Of a stretch of DNA of 64,000 nt, positions 19,709-29,607 are shown piece by piece. The translations under genes and the position numbers were made by a program. The stretch is from an uncultured Pseudomonadales bacterium. GTDB lineage: Bacteria > Patescibacteriota > Microgenomatia > UBA1400 > UBA1396. Location: the NCBI GenBank assembly GCA_964447905.1, contig CAYUUK010000004.1, positions 14,695 to 78,694 on the forward strand. The letters run 5' to 3'. Position 1 is the stretch's first letter, and each line of letters begins with the position of its first letter. The notes beneath the pieces are model-generated. The model searched no databases. It saw only the letters and a list, made by a program, of their open reading frames with translations, and had not been told where the DNA came from.

Positions 19709-21454
19709 TTATCGGTATAGGGACCAAATTGTCTTGCCAGTAGGGTCTTCTACGGTATCTACTACTGATGCAGCTTCTGGAAGTAAATCTGGTGGAGCGG
19801 CATGCAGTCCAGACTCATGCTTTTGCCCTATGAAAAAACTCCATTCTTGGAACTGCAGTAACTCACGTTGATCTTTTTCAGCTGTCTTACTTTCTTTTTG
19901 GACTACTCGAGGATCAACTTGTTCGTAGAACAAGACATACATGCTTGGTCGTCCATAACTTCGTGAGACAAAGAGGCGCTCATTTTCTTGTTGATGGAGT
20001 CTCATTTTGCTGATCATTTCTTCATATCCATACTGCCAAAATTGACTTGAAGTGCGGTTGTATGTTGACCAAGCTTCGAATGCATACAGTGTGCTGAATA
20101 CAACGACTCCGCTGAACAATAGGCCTCCTACAGCAGCTTTTGCAAAAGAAGAATGGAAAAAACGCTCAGGCAGGAGAGGACGTGTGGTGAGTATTCGCCA
20201 GAGCTCTGAAAAACCAAAACCAGACAAAATTGCCAGCCATACGCTCATGGGCAAGGCGCGAAGGGCGTGAGGAGTTGTCTGTGTGAACATTGCCGCAACA
20301 GGGGACAGGAGAAGCAGTCCTAAGAGAAGCCACTTTTTGTTGTTGGCATATACATGGACGACCCAGATACTGGCAAGGACGGTAAGAATTTCAAACGGAT
20401 ACAGCATGCCAAAGAATTGCGTGCTGTGGCGAGGATTCTCATCGCCAACAAAAAACAAAAATGCCGGACTGAAATGACTCATGTAATTCTGCAGCAGTTC
20501 GTGCGTCCACAAAATCGATCGATGAAAAAATATTCTGGAGAGAAGTGTATTACCAGCAGATTCTCGGAGCATATTTGAAGTTTCTACTGGTCCCGTGTCT
20601 GAAAAAAGAGAAGTTTCGGCGATACGTTGCTGAACAACAGGAGATCGCGAGTTTACAAGAATCGGACTCACAAGGAGTACCGCAAAAGTAGCAATACTAG
20701 CCAGGTAAGCGACTGTACTTACACTCCAACGTGTTTTTTGTGGCCACTGCCACCACTGCCAAATCGCAATCCAAAAAGTGAAGAGTGGCGCTAGCAGTCG
20801 AGTGCCGTGGTAGGTGTACATGCTCGCGGCCAAGAGAAGAGTTGCTGGAATCATCCAAGAAAAGAATGATGCGTATATTTTGCTGTTGGTACTTTTTTCG
20901 AGAGTTTGTAGGCCTTTCCAAAAGAGAAATGTGCCACTACTCAATAGGAAAGTGGCCAAAACGACCTCAAAGCCGAGTCGCCCCAGCCACCAGCTCCAGG
21001 GCTGAACCGCCCATAAAAGTGCAGAAAGCAGGGCGATCCGCTGTGAATATATGCTTTTTTTGGTGAGCTCTCGTGCCCAAGCATAAACTACCCAAGTGGT
21101 GAGTGTGCTGGCCACCACAGCGGGCAAACGCACTGCCCAAGTGTTCAGTCCAAATAGTGCAATAGAAGGTACGAGTGCATAGAAATAGCCGCTGGGCTTG
21201 AAGTCTCCAAAGGAAGGAAATGCCACCACCGGTAAAAAATTTCCCTGATGATCGGCACCGGTTTTTAGAATCGAGTACGCGTCATACCCTAAGGCTACTT
21301 CCTCCCAGTAGGGAGATGGTGGTACCACGGTATTACCGGTAATTCTCAGAATGCCTGCGAGCAGAATGATGCCGATGAGCGCTTTAGCAGAAAAGATTTT
21401 CTTGGCCAGACTCAGAATCGAATGAGAGCGCGTTTTCACCTTATTGGATTTCAT
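19709..21454 (-). CDS. GT-C family integral-membrane glycosyltransferase (PMT/ArnT, GT39/GT83-like), paralog 1; the ORF extends to 21490
   Basis: More than 10 TM helices. First luminal loop 'YWEEVALGYDAYSILKTGADHQGNFLPVVAFPSFGDFKPSGYFY' resembles the DE/periplasmic loop-1 motif of PMT/ArnT-type dolichyl/undecaprenyl-phosphate-sugar transferases. Confidence 0.65.
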   Translation of the reverse strand: MKSNKVKTRSHSILSLAKKIFSAKALIGIILLAGILRITGNTVVPPSPYWEEVALGYDAYSILKTGADHQGNFLPVVAFPSFGDFKPSGYFYALVPSIALFGLNTWAVRLPAVVASTLTTWVVYAWARELTKKSIYSQRIALLSALLWAVQPWSWWLGRLGFEVVLATFLLSSGTFLFWKGLQTLEKSTNSKIYASFFSWMIPATLLLAASMYTYHGTRLLAPLFTFWIAIWQWWQWPQKTRWSVSTVAYLASIATFAVLLVSPILVNSRSPVVQQRIAETSLFSDTGPVETSNMLRESAGNTLLSRIFFHRSILWTHELLQNYMSHFSPAFLFFVGDENPRHSTQFFGMLYPFEILTVLASIWVVHVYANNKKWLLLGLLLLSPVAAMFTQTTPHALRALPMSVWLAILSGFGFSELWRILTTRPLLPERFFHSSFAKAAVGGLLFSGVVVFSTLYAFEAWSTYNRTSSQFWQYGYEEMISKMRLHQQENERLFVSRSYGRPSMYVLFYEQVDPRVVQKESKTAEKDQRELLQFQEWSFFIGQKHESGLHAAPPDLLPEAASVVDTVEDPTGKTIWSLYR

Positions 21455-23123
21455 AGATGTAAAAGGCCGCGGAGTCGTCACTGCGGACAATAGTTTTTGT
21501 AGGAGTGTAGTTTTCGAGTGGCTCGCTAGCGGCAGTGATTACTACATCGAACTGGTTGGCATCGAGTGAAGATGTCTTTCCGAACTGTACGTTTCCCGGA
21601 AACCGATAGAGCTGATATGTTTCAAACGGTACCTGATTATAGAATGCAAAGAAGATTTGTGGCTCGCCGTACGCTGTAGTGAACTTGGTTCGCTTGTTAT
21701 CGGCAATGTAGGAGTGCGTTATGAGCACAGCTTCTTCGTAGCCTTCCATCCATGACTCTGCAGAAGTGAGACGATACTCAGTGCGGTAGAAGGACCAAAA
21801 TGCTGCCCACTCAATGATTGTTGCCATAATGATGCCACTGATGAGTGTAGTAAATATTTTCTCTGGCAGTTCTTTTTCGAGTTCACGCGCGCCAGATACC
21901 ATAATGATGATGAATGCTGGTAGCGCAAGAAGTGCTCTATTTGGGTGTGGTGTCTCGACACCGATGGCTGCTGGCAAGAAGCCAATAATCGCAAAGAGGA
22001 TCCATAACCATACAGGTGTGCTCAGAAGTGAGCTTTGGGTGCTTTCCGCAAAATATTTGGCAAGGTGTTTTTGCCAAGCTCTTTTTTTCGGTTTGACCCA
22101 TCTTTCAAGCGGACGGGCGACTCCAAAAGTGAGACCAAGCAAGAAAAGAATGAGTTGGCTCCAGAGAAATACGCCGCGCGAACCCGTGCTGTGGCGCAGA
22201 GAATCGGTATCTCCCAGAGCAAGGAATCCAACAGAGAAGTACTGTGCCAAGTTCTTGAAAAAAAGCACTAATGCTGTGGGGAGCATATTTTGGGCGAACA
22301 CCGTTGTTTGCGTTGCGCGGGCTATACCTGTGCCATTGAGTACTGTATACAAGAATGGAGTCAGCAAAATGCTGGCAAAAATGACGGCTACCGTGATGAT
22401 TCGCCATTGCGACAGCCAGTACTTTCGTTGAGTGAAGTACTCGTAAACGGCTATGGAACCAACGATCAATGGAAAAACCACCTTTGTGGAGTGGTAGACA
22501 TATAAGCCACCAACAATCGAGAGCACTAGCAGACCCCAACCAAGGTGCTTCCTCCAGTTGGGCAGCGTTTTGTCTCGAATTTCCATCCAGGATGCTAAAA
22601 GCACGAGGAAAGCAAGCAGGGCTAGCCCTGACTCAAACCCGACGCGTGAAAAGAGAATGTGCCAAGGAGAGATAACCAGTAACCACCCCGCTAATACTGG
22701 ATACCACTTATGCTGTGTCAGACGCCAAGTTATCCACATTATGACTGCAATTGAGGCAATTCCAGCGAGGGCAAAAGGCAGGCGAACGACCCATACGTGC
22801 ATTCCCAAGAGTGTGGTGAAGATTCCAGTACTATACATAGCCAGTGGTGCCTTGAAGTCTCCAAACGATTCAAAGACTATCGGCAGACGATCCATGTGTT
22901 CATCCATTCCCGTGGTGATAACCATTTTGCCGATGTACCCTAAAGCGGCTTCGTCCCAGGTTAATCCAGTTGGAAGTGCGCCGAGTTGCCACAGGCGCGT
23001 AAACGCGCCAAGAAAGAGAATAAAAGCGAGCACCAGAAAGTACTTCCAGTGGGCAACTACTGTTTCAGCACCTTGATTCTTTGAGAGTACTTTTTGTGAG
23101 AATGCTGACAGCCAAGAAAACAT
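21441..23123 (-). CDS. GT-C family (PMT/ArnT-like) membrane glycosyltransferase, paralog 2
   Basis: 'LTWDEAALGYIGKMVITTGMDEHMDRLPIVFESFGDFKAPLAMY' is the same loop-1 motif as paralog 1; polytopic. Confidence 0.65.
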   Translation of the reverse strand: MFSWLSAFSQKVLSKNQGAETVVAHWKYFLVLAFILFLGAFTRLWQLGALPTGLTWDEAALGYIGKMVITTGMDEHMDRLPIVFESFGDFKAPLAMYSTGIFTTLLGMHVWVVRLPFALAGIASIAVIMWITWRLTQHKWYPVLAGWLLVISPWHILFSRVGFESGLALLAFLVLLASWMEIRDKTLPNWRKHLGWGLLVLSIVGGLYVYHSTKVVFPLIVGSIAVYEYFTQRKYWLSQWRIITVAVIFASILLTPFLYTVLNGTGIARATQTTVFAQNMLPTALVLFFKNLAQYFSVGFLALGDTDSLRHSTGSRGVFLWSQLILFLLGLTFGVARPLERWVKPKKRAWQKHLAKYFAESTQSSLLSTPVWLWILFAIIGFLPAAIGVETPHPNRALLALPAFIIIMVSGARELEKELPEKIFTTLISGIIMATIIEWAAFWSFYRTEYRLTSAESWMEGYEEAVLITHSYIADNKRTKFTTAYGEPQIFFAFYNQVPFETYQLYRFPGNVQFGKTSSLDANQFDVVITAASEPLENYTPTKTIVRSDDSAAFYIYEIQ

Positions 23124-23200
23124 GCTTCTATTGTGGCATAGGTCAGGAGAAAAATAAACGGAAACCCACTCTTGTACCTGGGTGTTCGTGCGATTGTTTG

Positions 23201-24151
23201 TTACGTAGCGGCGCTGAGGACTGCTTTGTCGGTGCGCTTCCAGAGTTTATACGCACTGCGTCGTTGTCGCATAAGGTCGGGGAGTTGTTGAAGTGCTTGG
23301 ATAAAGCCAGCACCAACCACTCCTTTTGTTTTGAGGTTACTGATCGTGAGATGGTACGGTAGCCAGAAAACATGTTGCAGTAAGAGTATTGGGTCAGTAA
23401 TATTTTTCCAGACAAGTAAAAATTGATTTTTCCAAGACATTATTTCCATATTGCGACGACCAAAAACTGAGCTATTCGTAGTCTCGTGTTGGTGTAGTAC
23501 GCGAACGTGTGGTAAAAAGCGAATTTTCCAGCCATGCTTGAGGGCACGATAGCTGAGGTCTCGATCTTCTTCATAGGCTGGGTAAAACAAGGTGTCCATG
23601 CCACCGATCTCTAAAAACTTTTCTCGGTCGAATGCCATACTGCCGCCAGAAGTCCAGAGTGTGGTGGGTGAGTGTTGATTCGAGTCGTACCAATGAGTGA
23701 GGAGACCACGACGAAATCCTCCCGTTCCACGGCCCGAAATTGGTGCGTCGGCTTGAGTGGTAGATACCTCAGCGCAGCCCACAGCAAAAAGCTCAGGATC
23801 GTGTAAAAACGGGTACAGAATTTCTGCGCGAAAATCTTCAGAAAGGGGAGAGACGTCGTTGTTGAGTAAGAGCACGAATGGTCTTTTTGCCAAGCGAACA
23901 CCAGTATTTACGGCCGCAGCGAAACGGCGATTCTTGCTGTGTTTTTTGTAGTGCAGAGAAATTTTTGGTGCAGTGGTTACCGATCGAATCCATTTCTCGG
24001 TGTCATCACTCGATGCGTCATCAACAATGATGACCTCGTCTCCAGGTTTGAGTATTTCTAAAACCCGAGGCAGGTGCTTCTGCAGGAGGTGACGGCCATT
24101 GTAGGTCGGAATAACTACTGAAAGGGCGGGATGTTTTCCTGGGTGTGTCAT
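23201..24151 (-). CDS. Glycosyltransferase family 2
   Basis: 'LSVVIPTYNGRHLL...GDEVIIVDDASSDDT' GT-A DxD signature. Confidence 0.8.
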   Translation of the reverse strand: MTHPGKHPALSVVIPTYNGRHLLQKHLPRVLEILKPGDEVIIVDDASSDDTEKWIRSVTTAPKISLHYKKHSKNRRFAAAVNTGVRLAKRPFVLLLNNDVSPLSEDFRAEILYPFLHDPELFAVGCAEVSTTQADAPISGRGTGGFRRGLLTHWYDSNQHSPTTLWTSGGSMAFDREKFLEIGGMDTLFYPAYEEDRDLSYRALKHGWKIRFLPHVRVLHQHETTNSSVFGRRNMEIMSWKNQFLLVWKNITDPILLLQHVFWLPYHLTISNLKTKGVVGAGFIQALQQLPDLMRQRRSAYKLWKRTDKAVLSAAT

Positions 24152-25368
24152 ACGTGTTTTTTGGCCTGAGTGTAACGCATTGCCACCATTTGGTCGACGG
24201 TGGTTGTGAAGCGCTCCAGGGAAAACTCTTCAGATTTTTTGCGGGCGCGGTCTGACCACTCCGAGCGGGTTGCGCCTTTGAGGTTCATCAATTCTTGTGT
24301 GTATTGCAACAGTTCTTCTAGAGAATCAAAGCGAAATCCATTCTCATTGTGATCAACCGTTTCTTTGAGACCACCTTTGTTGACCACAACCGGGAGCGTT
24401 CCGCGGGCCATAGCTTCAATGGTCGACATGCCAAAGTGTTCCACTTTTTGTGGGAAGCGTTCTTCATCGATACCATAGCCAGCAGCATGCCAAAAGATAC
24501 TGCTTTTGGCGTATAGATCATTCAGTTCGTTATGCGGAATGTCATGGTGGAAAAAGATAGGAAACCCTTGGGCCTCTTTTTGGAGTCGTTCTACGAAAGC
24601 TGTGTGGACCGAGTCTGGTTCGACAGCACCTACTAAATGGAGTTGCCAGTTGCGCTTGTCCCACCCAAGTTGTTTGCAACCGGTTTTGAATGCTTGAATC
24701 AATATATCTTGTCGTTTGGCATGAACATCAGTGTGTTCGGGATCATAGAATCTTCCTACGGCCAAAATCTGTCGCTGTCGTTGTGAGTCAGGAATCGGTG
24801 GGTACGGAATTGTAGCGGTGTCCACAAATGGATAGTGAATAACGTCAACAGCAGTATTCCATGATTTATCAATAACTTCTTTCGTAAATGCGGAGTTGGT
24901 ATTAAGAACGTTCCATGAGTTCAGTTTTTGTCGGGCCCACCAACCTGCTTGACGATTGGTAAACGGAATCTGCACATGGAGGATACTCAGTTTGGCGCCC
25001 GAAAGGAACAGGCTGCCATCTGTGGCGTACAGGAGGACATCGAACTGGCGGGTGTACTGCCAAGTTTGCCACGGTCGTACAGTTCTGTCTGCTAGTGGCG
25101 AGTGCTTCCACTCGACCAGAGAAAGATCAAGGTCAAAAAAGGATTCGTATTGTGATACTGCTCGAGTCAGGTCTTCCGAGTTAAAAGCAGAAGGGATAAG
25201 TATTTCTACATCGTGGTTTTGGCTCAGATAGGCAGTAGTCGTGAGAACATGCTTTTCCCCACCACCATAGTGTTTTGGGAGGTACGGAGAGTAGATACCA
25301 ATGCGCATACGCTGAGCCATACTATTTACGAGAAAATGTTTCCCATTGTTTTTGAATTTCTTGCTCAA
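24148..25368 (-). CDS. Glycosyltransferase family 4 (GT-B)
   Basis: 'EHFGMSTIEAMARGTLPVVVNKGGLKETV...NGFRF' EX7E-type donor-binding motif. Confidence 0.8.
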   Translation of the reverse strand: MSKKFKNNGKHFLVNSMAQRMRIGIYSPYLPKHYGGGEKHVLTTTAYLSQNHDVEILIPSAFNSEDLTRAVSQYESFFDLDLSLVEWKHSPLADRTVRPWQTWQYTRQFDVLLYATDGSLFLSGAKLSILHVQIPFTNRQAGWWARQKLNSWNVLNTNSAFTKEVIDKSWNTAVDVIHYPFVDTATIPYPPIPDSQRQRQILAVGRFYDPEHTDVHAKRQDILIQAFKTGCKQLGWDKRNWQLHLVGAVEPDSVHTAFVERLQKEAQGFPIFFHHDIPHNELNDLYAKSSIFWHAAGYGIDEERFPQKVEHFGMSTIEAMARGTLPVVVNKGGLKETVDHNENGFRFDSLEELLQYTQELMNLKGATRSEWSDRARKKSEEFSLERFTTTVDQMVAMRYTQAKKHV

Positions 25369-26194
25369 TGCGGTCGTAGCGTTTTTCCAGTGATGGCTTT
25401 TGTTGCATCTCCCAGAGGCGAACGTAGACCAAGAACCGGTTCATACTTTTGATCATGGCTTCAATTATGCCTTCGTGTCCATCTTTCCAGGCCATCTTAA
25501 AGACAAGTCGATTGAAAATATCGAAAAGAACAATTTTAAAAAGTCGCAGTGGCGTGATTTTCGGATGATTTGCTGCTAGCAGAAGTTTGGCTTCGACATC
25601 TGTCCAGTCAATAGATTTGCGCAGGCCGTCATACAAATTGCGGTGAGTAAGGTGCACAAGTGGTTCGTCAATATGACCGATTCGGCCGACTATTTCGGCA
25701 TGTTCGTGGACTTCGCCCACCCAAGTTTTCAGTTTTTCTTTTTTGACTAATCGGAGTAGTTCATCGTTGTTCCAGCCGCCATGCTGCATCCAGCGACCCA
25801 AGTGAATGTTGTTACGGTGAAGCGTGTAGGCATCATACTCGGTGCGCTGGACTCTGTTTTGGATTGTTTTGGCGAGAGCTGGTGTAACACGCTCGTCAGC
25901 ATCAATGTAGAGAATCCAGGCTGTATTTACGAGCTCAGCCGCTTCATTCCGCCACTGGGAGAAATTTTCACCATGGGCTTGTTCAACGCGAGCGCCGGCT
26001 CTTTGCGCTGCGCCACGTGTGCGGTCTTTGGAGCCGGTATCGAGAACTAAGACTTCATCGGCCCAGGAAAGTGTTTCGATACAGTTCACAATCATCGCTT
26101 CTTCATTGCGAGCAATAATGACTGCCGTAACTGAGTACAGTTGGTTATGAGCGGTGGAGCGAGGGGTTGATGCCATAGTTTTTTCGAAGTACAT
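25322..26194 (-). CDS. Glycosyltransferase family 2 (LPS-core/KdtX-like short GT2)
   Basis: 'VTAVIIARNEEAMIVNCIETLSWADEVLVLDTGSKDRT' GT2 N-terminal signature. Confidence 0.75.
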   Translation of the reverse strand: MYFEKTMASTPRSTAHNQLYSVTAVIIARNEEAMIVNCIETLSWADEVLVLDTGSKDRTRGAAQRAGARVEQAHGENFSQWRNEAAELVNTAWILYIDADERVTPALAKTIQNRVQRTEYDAYTLHRNNIHLGRWMQHGGWNNDELLRLVKKEKLKTWVGEVHEHAEIVGRIGHIDEPLVHLTHRNLYDGLRKSIDWTDVEAKLLLAANHPKITPLRLFKIVLFDIFNRLVFKMAWKDGHEGIIEAMIKSMNRFLVYVRLWEMQQKPSLEKRYDRIEQEIQKQWETFSRK

Positions 26195-27119
26195 CGAGTA
26201 TAGCGCGTTTCATGATTCTGTCGCCAGCGCGATACTGTTGCCACATGTGTTTTATAAGAAAAATTTTGGTTCTGACCGGCGCATAGCGCAGGCCAAAGAG
26301 ATAGCGGTTTCTCGTTTGGTAGTAGCGATGCAGGTCTGAGCCGCTACCAGATGAGCCGGCATTTTTATGCCAGATTACGGCATTTGGTTGATAGCGAACT
26401 CGATAGCCCGCTCTCGTGAGTCGGCAGGAGAGGTCAACATCTTCAAAATAGAGAAAGTACTTTTCGTCAAAGAGACCGTGTTTTTTGAGAGCAGTGGTAC
26501 TCAGAGCGACACAGCAACCGGTGGCAAACGGCGTATTTTCTGGACGACTGTACTGGCCGCGGTCGACTTCGTCGACCGCGCGATGAAACGCCACCACTTC
26601 CGTCCAATCAATAACGCCACCGCCATACCAAAAAACTCGTCCGATCTGATTTTTTTCATACCCGGAGTGGAACTCGTTACCAGGATTAAAGTAGATTTTT
26701 GGCACCGCTGCGCCGATTTTGGTGTTACTACGCATCGTAGCAATGAGGGTCTCTAAGGCTGATTTTTCCACGACCGTGTCATCGTTTAAAAGAATAACTA
26801 CGTCGCTTTGGAGGTTTTCAATTGCCCACTGTATGCCGTGGTTATTGGCACCGGTGAAACCGGTATTTTCTTCGAGGCGCAAAAGAGTAATGTTGCCTTC
26901 GTACTCAGCCACGACCTCACTGACTGATTCCGCAGAAGCATTGTCAACAATGATCGGGTGGAGGTCGGCTGCATTGGTCGTGTTTCCGAGAGAGAGCAAA
27001 CACTCGCGCACGTTGTTGGCGTTGTTGTAGTGAACGATGACCACACCGATGCGTTTCGTGTCGATCGGCAGGTCAGTGCCCCGAGAAGTGGTCTGTTCTC
27101 CAGTTAGCGACTCAGCCAT
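26145..27119 (-). CDS. Glycosyltransferase family 2 (rhamnosyl/galactofuranosyl-transferase-like)
   Basis: 'IGVVIVHYNNANNVRECLLSL...PIIVDNASAE', 'ILLNDDTVV' GT2 signatures. Confidence 0.8.
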   Translation of the reverse strand: MAESLTGEQTTSRGTDLPIDTKRIGVVIVHYNNANNVRECLLSLGNTTNAADLHPIIVDNASAESVSEVVAEYEGNITLLRLEENTGFTGANNHGIQWAIENLQSDVVILLNDDTVVEKSALETLIATMRSNTKIGAAVPKIYFNPGNEFHSGYEKNQIGRVFWYGGGVIDWTEVVAFHRAVDEVDRGQYSRPENTPFATGCCVALSTTALKKHGLFDEKYFLYFEDVDLSCRLTRAGYRVRYQPNAVIWHKNAGSSGSGSDLHRYYQTRNRYLFGLRYAPVRTKIFLIKHMWQQYRAGDRIMKRAILDVLRKNYGINPSLHRS

Positions 27120-28012
27120 CGGCGACCTTTCCAGTACCAGCGCATGAGGCCAGAGGAGGTATTTACTTTTTCGGTCAGTTCCCAGTAGCGCGCTTCTCGC
27201 GCCATGTCTCTCAGTAACGCCGAAACCCTACCGTGTTTCGTGGATGCGGAAAACTCCTTCTCTTCCCACTGATACGCCGACTCTAACACTGCCGTCAGAC
27301 CCTGTAAAACCGACAGGTAGTAGCCATGAGCGCCGTCGTTATGACCGCCCCACTGAAAGTAGCGCCGTAGGAACTCCGAAAAGAAATTCTTGAGCGGATC
27401 AGGTGAGGCTTTTTTGTTTTCATGTTGACCGGCCGCTACGATGCGTCCGTATCTCTGGGCCCGGTCGATAAATTGGTCGATTGTTTGGTAGTTTTCATGG
27501 ACAATGGCAAGCCTTTCGGATTCTAGCAGTCTCTCGGCTGTTTCGCTAATTTGAGGGGTGGAGTGGATTTCATTGCTCCATACGACTAAATTTGGCTTAA
27601 ACAGGCGTAAAACGTAGTCGGGCCACCATCCGGTCTTGACCCATTTTCCAAAAATAATGTTCTTTCTTGGTAAGAAGTAGGCGTCGGTTTTGGGGTCGAG
27701 GATGAGTGTGTCGCGAATTTCGGTGGCGAGACTCGGTGGAATTGTTTCGTCGGAGTCGAGAATGAGCACCCAGTCACTGGTCGCTTTGGCAATTGCAGCG
27801 TTGCGGGCGGGTTCCACGTAGCCGACATCAGGGTGGTAGAAGACCTTGGCGCGAAAATCTTTGGCGATCTCGACCGTGCGATCTTCGCTGTGCATGTCCA
27901 TGACGATGATTTCGTCGGCAATGCCTTTAACGCTGCTCAGACACGCTTTCAGCGTGGCGGCAGAGTTTTTGGTGTTGATGACTACCGAGAGAGTCGGAGC
28001 TTGAGTGGCCAT
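27104..28012 (-). CDS. Glycosyltransferase family 2 (the likely start is Met 'MATQAPTLSVV'; the ORF extends to 28192)
   Basis: 'LSVVINTKNSAATLKACLSSVKGIADEIIVMDMHSEDRT', 'ILDSDE' (DxD). Confidence 0.75.
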   Translation of the reverse strand: MATQAPTLSVVINTKNSAATLKACLSSVKGIADEIIVMDMHSEDRTVEIAKDFRAKVFYHPDVGYVEPARNAAIAKATSDWVLILDSDETIPPSLATEIRDTLILDPKTDAYFLPRKNIIFGKWVKTGWWPDYVLRLFKPNLVVWSNEIHSTPQISETAERLLESERLAIVHENYQTIDQFIDRAQRYGRIVAAGQHENKKASPDPLKNFFSEFLRRYFQWGGHNDGAHGYYLSVLQGLTAVLESAYQWEEKEFSASTKHGRVSALLRDMAREARYWELTEKVNTSSGLMRWYWKGRRWLSR

Positions 28013-29607
28013 AGTCCCAGCGATTCCATTTCTTTTTTGAGGCGTTTCCAGCCAATGAGTAAGAACACTATAGCAAATACGCTTCCGGTGATCACAATAC
28101 CAGCGGCCATGTGCCAGAGCGACTGCATCCAGAGAGGCATGGTGACCCAACCGAAGGCGGTCATAACGACCGTGGCGATGAGTTGTCGCCAAATGTTGCC
28201 GATGAAGGAGAACGGCACCACTTGCTGCACCATCCAGACGGTCACGACCGAGCTAAAGCCAATCAGGGCGGAAGCCAAGGCGACACCATTGAAGCCAAAG
28301 TAGTAGATTCCTAGTGGGGTGAGGACCCACGTGAGCACTGTCCACATCACCATTAAGATGAGCGTTTTGTTAACGTGACCAATCGCGTTGAGCGTATTAG
28401 TGAGCGGGGTAGAGACACTGCCCCAGGCAATGTTTACCGCAAAGAGAGCCAAGGCAATCAGGGCTGGTTGCCACTTGTTGTATTCCGGAATGAGCGTGAC
28501 GAGCGGATAGAAAAACAAAGCCATACCAGCTAAAAGCGGGAAGTTCACTAAAGAGATAAAGAAGATGGTTTTCTCTATGGCTTTGCGGAGGAGTTTTTTA
28601 TCGTGCTGCAAGCGAGCAAACGTGGGGAAGGTAATAGCGGTAATGTTGTTCACGGTGAACTGTTGGGGCATGTTGGTATTGCGTTTGGCCCAGCCAATAT
28701 ATCCAAGTGCTGATGGCTCCAACCATGCACCGACCACCACGATAGTGATTAAGTCATCTTTCACGCGGGCGAGGAGATCATTCAGCTGGAAGCGGAATCC
28801 AAACGACATCAACTCTTTCAGGCTCTGTCGCCAAATACCGATGCCAATCGGCCAGCTCTGCAGCGAGTACATGATGGCAATTCCGGCCACGTCGCGGGCG
28901 AGGATTCCCCAAATGAAGCTTTGCACACCAAAGCCGCGCCAGGCCATGACGGTAACGATGCTATAGAAAACGAGGTTTTCTACGATGGAGGGAATTGCGA
29001 GTAGATCAAAACGGAGTTGTCTGGAAAGGAGGACCGAAGGAATAGTTTTGAAGGTAATGACAAAGAACGATCCTGCCACGATGTACAGGAGCCACAAGGC
29101 TTCTCCAGATAAGTTTTGCACTGAAGTCCAGTACGGAGTAAGTACTACCACCACTACAAAGATCAAGATGGCTAAGATCTGCTGAACAGTGAATGTGGTG
29201 CGCAGGTCTTCTTTGGTTGGTTCTTCCTTTTTCTGAATGAGTGCCGAGGCCAAGCCGATATCAGATAAGAACGTGAAGAGAGACAGCACGGCTGTTACCA
29301 AGTAATAGATCCCAAAGTCGTTCGGCGAGAGAAACGCGGCTAAGAGAAAGTTTGCCACGAGAACAATGCCATAAACCGCCACGCTGCGGCCCATATAGCT
29401 CAGGACACCGGCAATGGAGCGTTTTTTAATTTCTTCAGTTTCTGTGGTCGCTGCTTTCTCGGCGAGTTCTCCGATATGCGAACCCAGCTCTTCTAAGTTG
29501 GCTTCTTCGTCAGTCGAGATAATATTGCGAAGGTCTTCTCGGCTGAGTTCGTTGCTGGCCGTTGCGTTCCTTTTTTGAGAGGCACTCTTTTTCTTAGAGG
29601 GAGACAT
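27982..29607 (-). CDS. Wzx-like oligosaccharide/polysaccharide flippase (MOP superfamily, PST family)
   Basis: About 12-14 TM helices; N-terminal 'RSIAGVLSYMGRSVAVYGIVLVANFLLAAFLSPNDFGIYYLV' typical of Wzx/RfbX. Confidence 0.7.
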   Translation of the reverse strand: MSPSKKKSASQKRNATASNELSREDLRNIISTDEEANLEELGSHIGELAEKAATTETEEIKKRSIAGVLSYMGRSVAVYGIVLVANFLLAAFLSPNDFGIYYLVTAVLSLFTFLSDIGLASALIQKKEEPTKEDLRTTFTVQQILAILIFVVVVVLTPYWTSVQNLSGEALWLLYIVAGSFFVITFKTIPSVLLSRQLRFDLLAIPSIVENLVFYSIVTVMAWRGFGVQSFIWGILARDVAGIAIMYSLQSWPIGIGIWRQSLKELMSFGFRFQLNDLLARVKDDLITIVVVGAWLEPSALGYIGWAKRNTNMPQQFTVNNITAITFPTFARLQHDKKLLRKAIEKTIFFISLVNFPLLAGMALFFYPLVTLIPEYNKWQPALIALALFAVNIAWGSVSTPLTNTLNAIGHVNKTLILMVMWTVLTWVLTPLGIYYFGFNGVALASALIGFSSVVTVWMVQQVVPFSFIGNIWRQLIATVVMTAFGWVTMPLWMQSLWHMAAGIVITGSVFAIVFLLIGWKRLKKEMESLGLWPLKLRLSR